DNA of 64,000 bases, from positions 120,964,001-121,028,000 of the forward strand of contig NC_058368.1 in assembly GCF_018350175.1 (NCBI RefSeq), read 5' to 3'. Made by a program: the position numbers and the translations under genes. Origin of the DNA: Felis catus. Its lineage: Eukaryota. Below are positions 25,513-36,010 of this stretch, piece by piece; the first letter of the stretch is position 1, and each line of letters starts with the position of its first letter. The notes under the pieces are model-generated. The model had not been told where the DNA came from, ran no database searches, and saw only the letters and a program-made list of their open reading frames with translations.

Positions 25513-26425
25513 AATATTTGTAGATGTTTAGTATTTCATCTACAGTCTTTGAAACTTGCATGTACAATTGAGCCCCCCACATTTTTTATAAATCTTATAC
25601 TCTTGGGAGAAAACATGGGATCACTTAACCTTCCAGACTGCCTTCTGTTTCAGCTCTGGGAAAATAGAAGGAGCTAATTTGATCTTACTCCTCACATGAG
25701 AAAGCAGTTCCTGAATGCCTTCCTTATGCCAGGTATCAAGCTACACTCTGGAAATAAAGGTATAAAATGCTCAAGAACGGTGACTTTCAACAGGTGTTTG
25801 AGTGAAAACACTTACTTCCTTAACTGCCTTTCATACATGCATTCTTGTTTTTTTTTCATGTTTGAGTCAACACAGTCTCTACCAACTTCATGGTATGCTA
25901 TTTGTCTTTTCTTTGCACCAAGCCATACCCAACTTTATGCAGCATTACATGACCCACGCAACGTGACATTCTGACAGACATGGTATTAACCATATGAAAA
26001 AATGAGCTCGCGCATTATTATTTATCATTTGACAATCCACTTAGGCTAGGGCTGCTGATTGAGAGCCACTGACTACAGGTAATCAAAACACTGGATGGCT
26101 TCACGTAGGAGTCAGTGAAATCCTATAACCCAAAGTACTTTCTCCACTGGTCTGTCACATTGCCTGAAAATTCACACCATGAACAAGATCCAACAACTTA
26201 AAAAAGAAACCAGCCAACAAAAAAACAAAGCACTCATTGTGCTTGGAGGTACTCTTTGGAAGAAAAAGGTACATGCGCTATACATGTAAGAATAACTTAT
26301 TCTAAATGGTAAATGGTCAACAAGTTAAAAGCAAAGACTGACACAATGTGACCCCGGATGCTGGGTGAGTTTGAAAAGGAAGAATTAACTGAAGGAACAG
26401 ATTGTATTTTCCCAAGGAAAGAGGT

Positions 26426-26485
26426 CCCTGCCCTGACAGTGGTAAACATCTCAGACCCTGCCCTGACAATGGTAAACATCTCAGA
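26426..26485. repeat. 30-bp tandem duplication (1 mismatch)
   Basis: ccctgccctgaca(g/a)tggtaaacatctcaga x2. Confidence 0.95.
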
Positions 26486-27829
26486 ATAGGGAAGACAACA
26501 GAGCATGGCCAAAGGAGAGATGAGCAGAAGCTTCAGTTTTATCAAGTAGTGCCTAAATGAGATGCATATACAGGATTCTGTTTGCAGATCATTTTTTCCC
26601 CAGTTATTATTTGATACCTCTGGGTAGGAAGCAGGCACTTGTCTAGATCAGTATCCCACTGTGTATGAATCCTGGCAGCTGCTGCTCTTTACCCTACCGT
26701 GGTGCTGATGAAATTTCAAGCAAAGACAACCAATGAACCAATCATTCCTACCTGCTGGCCATCTGCTCTTTGGAAACAAGTCGTGGAATCACAGAGAAAA
26801 CCAGGGAGATGTCAAATCAAAGAAAAAAAATGATTGGCTAGGACTACATTCACATATGGGGGAAAAGTGTCTCCCAGGTGTTCTGTGCAAGCTCATTTTG
26901 GCCATAAGGCATTGATTGCTTTTCTGATCTGTTCCTTTCCTGGTTTCCCATACCCCCATCCTTAAACCCCATATTCACTATTTGCTAGATTATAGTGTAG
27001 AGAGAAAGATAACATCAGTTGTGCTTTGGTAAGCAGCGACCTTGCCTTCAAATCAGAAGTGCAGCTTCTATACATATAATCTACAGTGAAATTTAATATA
27101 AGGACTTCTGATTCCCTTGAAATTCCAAATTCAGTCTTCAGGGGCAAATAAGAGACATAATCAGTCAGTCTATAAACATTTTACATGTTGAGAGAAGTGC
27201 CACGTATGGAGAAGCCATGGATCATTTCCTCAGAGACCCAGCATCTAGTTGGAGAATCAAAAATCTGGGATAACCAATGCAACATGCCTGCCTCTTCTTG
27301 CCTAACCTGCTCCATGACAGATATTACTTACAGATCATGGTGTCCTTTCCTGCTGATCTCACATGCAACCTCACAATCTTCAACACAGCATTCCAATAGC
27401 CAACATCCATCTTTCAGAGTGAAGACATGATCTGAAATGTATTTGCCATCCTTGGTCATAATTTACTATGAAAAGCCAGGTTTTGTGAGACAGACAGTAA
27501 GGGAGTAGAGATTCAGACAGAAGCTTCATGTAGGAGCAAGGACATAAACTAACTGCAGACATTTGGGTAGAATGTAAAAAGTCAAACAGACTAAACATGT
27601 TCATCTGCCCATAGGATGTACCATTTGAGAGACCAAAGTAAGGAGCTAAGAAGAAGATATGCCTTTTTTTTCCCAAGGGTCTCCCCAGAAGCTGAGCTCT
27701 TCCTGACATCCTACCTGAAAGCACTCCCTACCCCAGGACAGTACCTGCTGTGCTGTGCACAGTACTTCCTGTGTCTCCCCACTCCTCACTGTAAGGAGTC
27801 CGAGTCACTGCTCAGAAGCAGCAGAGCAC

Positions 27830-28125
27830 ATCGCGGTGGCTCCCATCCCCAGACCTCAGTCTTTCATGAGTCACCTGGACCATTTTTGCCATGCCCATGT
27901 GTCATGCTGTTACTCACTTATTGTTTCACTTAAATCAACTCAGCTAATTTTTCATTTGAATCAATTTTAAAAGAGAAATAATAACTACCACTAGAAAAGG
28001 CAGTCCCACTTAGCTCCATTAATTTAAATAGGAAATAACTACTTTTAAAAGGTATTTGTTTCTATGTCCCCTACAACAATCTCTTATACCTCTGTTAATA
28101 GGTCTATGTACCACACCTGCTTTGA
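27830..28125. mobile_element. hAT-Charlie non-autonomous fossil (MER112/MER113-like)
   Basis: cagacctcagtc..ttttgccatg..taaatcaactca..gtaccacac..tttga. Confidence 0.5.
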
Positions 28126-28129
28126 TGGT

Positions 28130-28330
28130 TCAGAGGCTAGGCTTTGAAGCAAGGCAGACATGAATCCTAACTCCAGCTCCATCATTTATTGGCTGGGAGG
28201 CCTTGAGCAAGTAAACGCAATCTCTAAATTTCTTCATCTGTAAAATGGGTAAGTAATAGAACCCACTGCATAGTGCTATTCTGAGGATGAATTAAGGAAA
28301 GGACTGTCATGTGCTGAGCAGAGCACCCAG
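28130..28330 (+). mobile_element. MIR
   Basis: ccttgagcaagt..ttcttcatctgtaaaatggg core. Confidence 0.8.
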
Positions 28331-28429
28331 TACCCATTTTTTTAAGAACTTCTAAGTCATCCCATTTTATCCTGGTTTGGAACATCAGTTCCAGCTCAAG
28401 CCATTTTCTATAGCATCAAGTATCACAGA

Positions 28430-28635
28430 GGAGTGAAAACAACACAGGCTTGGACATCAGGTGTGTGATTAAATCCAGGCTTCATCACTTCTGCAAGTGT
28501 AGCCTGCCTAAGTTACTTGTTTAAACTCTGGGTTGTTTCATTTGCAAAATTAATAGTGGTACGTATCTCTCATGACTGAGGCATGTGAAGGAGATCATAG
28601 AGAATGCTGGCATAGTGCTGTTGCTTGATAAACAG
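28430..28635 (+). mobile_element. MIR
   Basis: aagttactt..tttcatttgcaaaat..tgggcatagtg. Confidence 0.6.
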
Positions 28636-29899
28636 TAACTCTTTTTTTATACAGTATTGTGTGTAGGTTTGCTTTCAATTTCTGAAAACACAGGCACAGA
28701 CAGGCTTTTGAAATCCCCAGTTGTTCCTCTCCTTTAGACCTGCTTTATTGTAAAACACTGGATTCTCTAAAATAATTGTGTCGTCTTCCAATACGAGCAA
28801 GCAAAAACAAGACTACTAAGGCAGCAAAATGAGGGAAACTCTCAAAACTTTTCAAACTTTCACATCCAAGAGCCAGATTCCTTCCTACATGGCCTCTGGT
28901 TCTCTGCAAATGAGGAGTTTCCTTTCTGTTATTAGAATGCAAATTTGATAGGACTTTAAAATCCTTTGGCTGATGGATCTGGGTGAAACTCCCCTCAGCT
29001 GACTGGGGGACAGGCCAATTTTCTCAAGTCCAAAGCTCTCAGGTTCCTACTTTGTGAATCTGTGTCTTTGAGCCACTGAAAGAACACACACCCCACTGTG
29101 TGGCAGTGCCCCATTTCCAATGGAAGCGCTCACCATAGCCTTTAACCCAAAGGGCCTCACCACCGGCTGTGGGAAAACCTCTTTGGCCGGTGGATGGATG
29201 GATCAGCTCTGTCAGCATTTATTCTTTTGCCTTTCAGTTTAGTACTCCCTCTCTGGCAGTAACTATAGAACTGCTTTCCTGAAGTGGACTCATGCTACCA
29301 GAAGCGGTCCGGAGACCCGTAACTCATTTCACAGCAGCTGCCAAGGAGCTGTCAGATGGTGGTTCTTATGGTCACAGGTCAGATTTAAAGCTGTGACCTC
29401 AAAGAAGTGCACGTGCTTCTCATCCCATTAAAAGGAGCTTGAGCTAGACAGTGGCCCCCATGGAGTCCATCAACTTTGTTTTGTTTGCTGCACCACAGCC
29501 GTTGCTTTCATTGAGAGAAAAGTTGTAGCCTCTCTTAAAAACTGAGATTTCACTCCAAATATTTTTCCCACTCAGCACTCCTACATTTACTTCCTCAAGT
29601 CAAAAAGATTAAACTTTTCACTCTACAATACAACCCAAAAAGCGTAAACCAAGAGTCAACCCAAGAGAATTCACATCTCATGGTGGCATCCGTATTGGCT
29701 ACATTCAAGGTGGTCTGGAATAGAACATAGGTTTCGACTAGAGAGGGAGTCAACAAATAACTAGAATTGTGTCTTTTGGAACAATACTATGAGAAAGATT
29801 AAAACTGAGGAAGAGGGTGGTCAGTTAGCAAGTTTGGCTAAACATGCAGGATTGGGAAAAGACAGCAATTCTACTATACATTTACTGACTCTAGTCCGC

Positions 29900-30320
29900 A
29901 AATATTTTATTTCTTTTCCAAGCTGTTGTCATTGCCTCCACATCAGCTTTCCCACCTACAAGTCTTCACACTCCAATGCTTTTTCCATTTTGTCACCATA
30001 CTCAGTAATTAACCAGGCACATGTCGCCTTATCATTCTTCCTGTGGCTCACATTGTCCACAGTCCTTAGTGTGGTGTTTAACACCCTACAAAATACAGCT
30101 CTAAACCATCTCTCATCTCTTCTCACCACAACACAGGGCCCTGGTTACCCCAAATTTCTCACTTTCCCTGAAATGTCCCTATTTGTATATGTTGTTCTTT
30201 TTTTCTCCAAAATGACTTTACCTACCATACATTGTGAAATTTTACCCATACTTCAAGGCTCAATTCAAATGTCCCTCCTTTCTATCCAAGATTCCCTGAG
30301 AACTTTTTTCCTACGATGGT
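29900..30320 (+). mobile_element. L2 fragment
   Basis: ttcaaggctcaattcaaatgtccctcctt..ttccctga. Confidence 0.6.
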
Positions 30321-30339
30321 GATGTTACTGTTTACATAA

Positions 30340-31060
30340 TAGCCTTACTAATAAGGACTCTCGTTTCAAGTGATAGAAACCAAACTGGCTTAAGACATTA
30401 AAAAAATTATTAATTTTCTATTTTTCTTAAATTTATTTCAGAGAGAGATGGAGTGGGAATCCCAAGCAGGCTCTGTGCTGTCAGTGCAGAGCCCAATGCA
30501 AGGCTTAATCTCACAACTGTGAGATCATGACCTGAGCCAAAATCAAGAGTTGGATGTTTAATTGACTGGGCACTTGTGTGCCCCCCAAATTAATAATTTT
30601 GGAAGAAGAATATACTTTTGGCCCATGTTAAAAGAAAATTTGGAAATAAGGTCTTGAGACATAACAGGATCGAGGTGTTCAAGTCACTTCTTCACAGCTG
30701 ATTCCTTCATTTTTAGGCATTCTTCTTTGTGTTGGCATAACTCCAACCCAGTCAGTTCCCACTTGAGGGATGCTCCAACTCCACGTCTACATACAGGGAG
30801 TTTTCTAATGGTTCCAGTAAAAGGCCGAGAACGGAGTTTTATTGTCCTATCCTGGGTCATATGCCTACCTCTGGACCAATCCTTATGGTCAAAAGGATAG
30901 AATTTACTGAACTGTTCAGGTCTGGGTCACAATCCACCCCTGAAGCAGGAGAGGTATATCAATTCTACCTGAACCATATGGACATAAAACAGTGGGAAAG
31001 ACTGGGTTCATCAAAAGAAAATGGCAGTGTTGTTTCCAGAAAAAGGAGGTATCTATTCCA
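30340..31060 (-). mobile_element. MLT1J/K-like MaLR LTR interrupted by a SINE
   Basis: ggactctcgtttcaagtgatagaaacc..ctggcttaag; gggtcatatgcctacctctggaccaatc. Confidence 0.6.
30415..30586 (-). mobile_element. Can-SINE (older)
   Basis: SINEC body in reverse; aaatta(t/a)taatttt flanks. Confidence 0.88.
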
Positions 31061-32209
31061 GGAACAGAAAATAACTTTATATCCACAATGACCAATTTTG
31101 AGCTTATGTGTCCATTTTCCCCAAAGAGGGGAATCTATCTCACCCATTTATAGCATCCAGTGGCAGAGCTTCAAGGACAAAATAAGGACAAGCACTTTTC
31201 CTTAACTCTTTGGCACTGTATGGGAGCTCCATTTCAGTCTCTTGGGAACGTGATTATTAATTCTCTGTGTTTACTGAGTATTCCCTCTTTCTGTGAAGCA
31301 ATTGAGGAGTCTTGGTGAAGCTTGCAGACACAAGCATTTCTCGAGTCCTTGCTTGACAAGCACAGAAGGGAATTTATGTGAAGTGTTCTGTGATATGTAT
31401 TGTGTTTACTTGCTAATGAATTTTATTCCAGTTTCTGTGTTTATTTATAGCACACTGATTCAGAAATGATGCAGTCATTAAAAATGGCTTATATGTGACT
31501 GATTTAAAATATTTACAACCTCTTATTTTAACAACAAAAGATAAAGCAGTTGAAATGAATAAGAGAAGCTTTTGTTAATGGCAAAAGACAAAATAGGAAA
31601 TGAGAAATCTCTAGTCAATGTAGATATATATGTATGCATTGTACCTGGACCTTTATCTCAAATTATATTTGCTTTTTAAGTCTCAATACACAAAGAAAAT
31701 CCCTGATCACTCAAGGATAATCCCTGAAAAGTCTAAGAAGCTTGCATGAATATTAGCCTTACAGTTATTATCTTCAGTGGGTTTTTTTTTGTAGCTCCCC
31801 AAAGTGTTCCATTCTGTGCCTGATAGGGGAAACACTGGCTTTCCAGTTTTAAAGACCTGATTCAAACTCCAGCCTGCCATATTCTGGCTTTATTATCAAG
31901 AAAAAACAACTTGCTCAAAAGTATTCCCCTTCAGTTACGGAGTCCACAATGACATTGATTCCAAAGGGGCAATATTGTAACTCAGACACGTTTCTCTAAT
32001 GGCAAGGTGCACATTATATTTACAACGACATCTAGCACTTATTTTATGCCATGCATTGTTATAGGTTCCTCAGATAATTATTTACCCATTTAATCCTCCC
32101 AACAGACCTTTGACATAGGCACTAATAGTATTCCCACTACTGCCTAGGATTTCACTGGCACTGCATTCCATGCTTCTTACTATGTGATCCTGAATCCTTT
32201 ATCTTCAGT

Positions 32210-32380
32210 AAAGTGGCTTTGGAGTGAGGCAAGTCCAGGTTCAACCTCCATCTCTACCACCTACTAACTAGTTAGTGACTTGGTCAAGTTATTTCATCTC
32301 TCCTAGCCTAGATACTCATCTGTTATATGGTGATAGTAATATCATATAAATCCCTTAGCACTATACCTTGCTTTCAAATG
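32210..32380 (+). mobile_element. MIR
   Basis: gtgacttggtcaagttatttcatctctc..ctcatctgt. Confidence 0.75.
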
Positions 32381-33639
32381 TTAGCTTTCTTCCTGCAGTC
32401 ATAAGTATGCTAATTCCTAGCATAGTTAAGTTAGGCTGGTGCCTAACTCTAGCTGCTCAGTGGGTATGGCCTTTAGGAACATATTCTAAGGAGGGTACAA
32501 TTCTAGAAATCACCTAATGAATTCAGACAGAGACAGAAGGGGTGGGTTGGGGAGATAGTATTTCAGGCTTGATGCTCAAAATCAAGTTCTGACATTAAAT
32601 CATCCAATTCATTTTAGGAACGTCAAGCCAGCTTGTGAAGATCTGCCAGTGGTCCAAAAGTCCTATTAGGATTTCAGAGAAGAGCTAGGCTTTTGATCTT
32701 CACACTCAAGAATATCAAAGTTGATTCAGGGTTCCCTCCAACAGAGTAAGTGAAAAAGTGCTAAAATGATCTCCACATAGGGATTATACATGTGAAATCC
32801 TTCCACAAAAGATAGGGAGGCCCTACCCAAAGGAAAAATTTTGGCCCCAGTAACCATTCAGTTCATGTCTTCTGACCATCTACTGACCAAAATCATCTGC
32901 ACAGGCAATCTAATGGATTGTACTAAAATGAAGCATTAATGTGAGTGTGTTGGGCAGGGGGGGGGACCACAAAAACAACCCATAAGGGTGATCGAGGGCA
33001 TATTTACATGTCCTTACAAAAACTCTAAGAATCAAGGTAAATCACTGCAGAAAAAAAAGAAGGTATAAAATTTTGTTTCCAAACAATTGGCTAGTATATG
33101 ACCTGTAGAAACAGGGCCATATGTAACCAGAGTTCCTTCATCCTAGCTGACCAAATATAAATATCGTTCATTCCATGGCAACAATTCATTGAGCAACTTC
33201 TTTCTCACAAAACAAATTGTCCTCAGAAGCACATCCTCATGCTCTCCAACCTCCCTACATTTCTCATTGGCAGGAAACATCACAATTCATGAGAAAATTA
33301 CTTAGGAAAAGCAATGGAATTACCTTTAAATGGTCACATGAAGGCGGATGAGCACTGAAAAATACTAGATTATCACTACTGGCTAGGAAACATTGGATAG
33401 GAAAACAAAGGGGAGATTGGATATTGGTTTAAAATGAACAGCAATAATCAACGCAACCTATGAATGTCAATAAAAGGCAACTACGGGTGTTGTCCAAAGC
33501 CAGTACTCTTCACTAGTACACTATACTATATGTAGGTTTAGAGCCTACTGTTTGGATGCCTTCATCCCAATGCTACCAGAACACAATGGACTAAAAATTC
33601 CCATTGACTACACTTCTTGGGAGATACTGTTTTTAGACA

Positions 33640-34600
33640 GAGACCCTGCTGCAATTGCCCAAACTGAACTACTTGCTTCCATTCTGTTCCCCTCCAGTCT
33701 GTTTCTCATCACAGCCCAGATGATCTCATTGAAATTTAAGCCTGGTCAAGTCGGTCGCCTAGTTAAAATCGTTCAGTGGCTCTCCAAACTTATGGGGATA
33801 AAGACCAAAACCCTTCATATGGCCCAAGACCATACACATGTCCCCTGCCTGCCTCTCCAACCAGCTCCCATCCCCTTCCCTCTCTGCTCTAGTCCTCTTC
33901 CCACAGGATTTACACATGCTGATTTCTCTTTGGAATTCTCTTCCTTCTACTCTTCACAAAATTAGCTCATTCTTCAGGTCTAGCTAAACTGTGTCTTCCT
34001 CAGGGAAGCTTTCCCTGACCCTCAGATTTGCCAAATCCCCTTAGACCTTCTCACAGCACCATGTACCTTGTTTCAGAACACTTACCCATTTCATTTTGCA
34101 TTTATTTGAGAGGTTAATGGACTGATTGCATTTTGCTCATTAGCCTGTGTCATAGTCACCTTGGGAAGCTGTAACAAGAGACAGGATGGTTTAAACATTT
34201 ATTTCTCACAGTTCTGGAGGGTAGCAAGTCCAAGATCAAGGCACCAGTACATTTGGAGTCTAGTGAGTCCTGCTTCCCTCTTCACAGGCAGCCATCCTCT
34301 CACTGAGTCTTCACATTGGCAGAAGGCACAAAGGAGCTCTCTGGGGTCTCTTATAATGGGACTAACACATTCATGAGCGCTCTACTCCATGACCTATTTA
34401 CCTCCCTAAAGCCACACCTCCTAACACCACCACACTAGGGATTAAATGTCAAATATATAAATTTGGGGAGGACATAAGCATTCAGTCTTCAGCAGCTCTA
34501 AGCTCCAGGAAGACAGAATTGATGCTGTGCTTGCTGGTTTATAGCTTGGTTTCTAGCATACTCTATGGCACATGGCAGGTGCTTGGAGGGGAGGGGGTGG
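33640..34600 (+). mobile_element. L2 fragment split by an MLT1 LTR
   Basis: cttcctcagggaagctttccctgacc..; resumes ctaagctccaggaagacag..tggcacatggcaggtgct. Confidence 0.7.
34146..34493 (-). mobile_element. MLT1A-like MaLR solo LTR
   Basis: atttatttctcacagttctggagg..aagtccaagatcaaggcaccag..ggggaggacataagcattcag. Confidence 0.85.
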
Positions 34601-34849
34601 GGAATGGTTGAATTAAAAATCAAGTCAGAGAACCCAAGAGTTCCACTCTCCATTCTTTTAACCTAAGCATCCCATTCCCTCCTGAGCACCAGTCTCTATC
34701 TCCTTTGGCTCCACAAACTCCATAGAGTCAGACTCAGCCCCAGGATCTATAATCCATGCATGGTGTAGCCAGGGCTGGGGCTAGAAAACAACTACAATTC
34801 CTTAATTTTGTACTGTAAATAATGAATACGCAAACAAGTAAACTAATTG

Positions 34850-35050
34850 ACAATATAGCATATGATTAAGAGCGCAGGTTCTGAAAAATACAAAGAGTAG
34901 GATTTTCCCATTAATGAAATGTGTACCTGGGTATGTTACGTAACCTCCCTGAGCATCAGTTGTTTCGCCACAAAACAGTGATAATGATACTGATCTTCTA
35001 GGCTTTTTGTAGGTTTACAATAAGCTAATATATGCAAAACGGCCCAGAAA
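34850..35050 (+). mobile_element. MIR
   Basis: tatagcatatgattaagagc..taacctccctgagcatcagtt. Confidence 0.65.
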
Positions 35051-35381
35051 TGCGAACTATTATTAACAAACCAAATTCCTACAACTACAGAAATGTTCTC
35101 AAAGTTGCCTTCCTAAGAAACCAAACTGTTTAATAAAATGGTGGGATGATTTAAGGTAAAAGGGGTTTAGAACTATTACTGTAGGAATTCCAGGCAGAGG
35201 ACATAGTTAGTATGAATAATTCATATGGCAAAGTGCTTGACTTTTTGAACCCAGTTAGTCTGTATGGTGCTCAGAGTTCCAACAGAACTTTCAACTCCAA
35301 AAGAGTAGTGAAATCAAGGTCAGTTCTTCTGTTTCACAGAGCTAAGTCACAGATTAGATTCCTTCCATTAAAACCTTTCTT

Positions 35382-35572
35382 GGAGCTCCTGGGTTGCTCA
35401 GTCAGTTGAGTGTCCGATTCTTGAATTTGGCTCAGGTCATGATTCCAGAGCCATGGGATCAAGCCACACATCTGGCTTCATGCTGAGCATGAAGCCTGCT
35501 TGAGAGTCTCTCTCTTTCCCTCTGCCCCTCTCCCCCACTTGTGCACACAAGCTCTTTCTAATTAAAAAAAAA
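35382..35572 (+). mobile_element. Can-SINE (older)
   Basis: SINEC head, (CT)n, A-tail. Confidence 0.88.
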
Positions 35573-35579
35573 CTTTCTG

Positions 35580-36010
35580 TTAGTAAAATAAGTCAGATAA
35601 AGACAAATACTCTATCATCTCACTTATAGGGGAAATCTAAAAAATCTGAACTCAGAGAAACACAGAGTATAATTGGTTGCTATCAGGATGTGGTAATGAG
35701 GGGATGTGGAAATGAGGGGATGTTGACCAAAGAGTACTAACTTCCAGATACAAGATAAGTTCTGGGGATCCAATGGACAGCATACTGATGATAATTAATA
35801 ACACTCTATTATATACTTGAGAGTTGCTAAAAGGATAGATCTTAAATGTTTTCACCACACAAAAGAAATGGTTAATGTTATTTAACGTGAATGTTAGCTA
35901 ATGCTATGGTGGTAACCATTTTGCAATACCCAAGTTTATCAAATGAACATATTATACACCTTAAACTTGTGCAGTGTACTATGTCAATAATACTTAAGTT
36001 GAGGGGGAGG
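35580..36010 (+). mobile_element. L1MA9/MB-like 3' end
   Basis: aaataagtcagataaagacaaatac..gttgctaaaaggatagatcttaaatgttttcaccacac. Confidence 0.85.

Noticed and set aside
25211..25582. 123-aa Arg-rich ORF and similar SINE-overlapping ORFs
   Set aside because: Antisense read-through of Can-SINE sequence
26426..26485. CRISPR-like direct repeat
   Set aside because: Only two adjacent copies, no spacer, mammalian DNA
29789..30322. 177-aa ORF
   Set aside because: Lies mostly in pyrimidine-rich L2 sequence; Leu/Ser/Phe-rich composition typical of spurious frames
32990..33120. Minus-strand splice acceptors (ttttttttctgcag, tgtttctacag) as coding exons
   Set aside because: Downstream frames hit stops quickly and give no recognisable peptide
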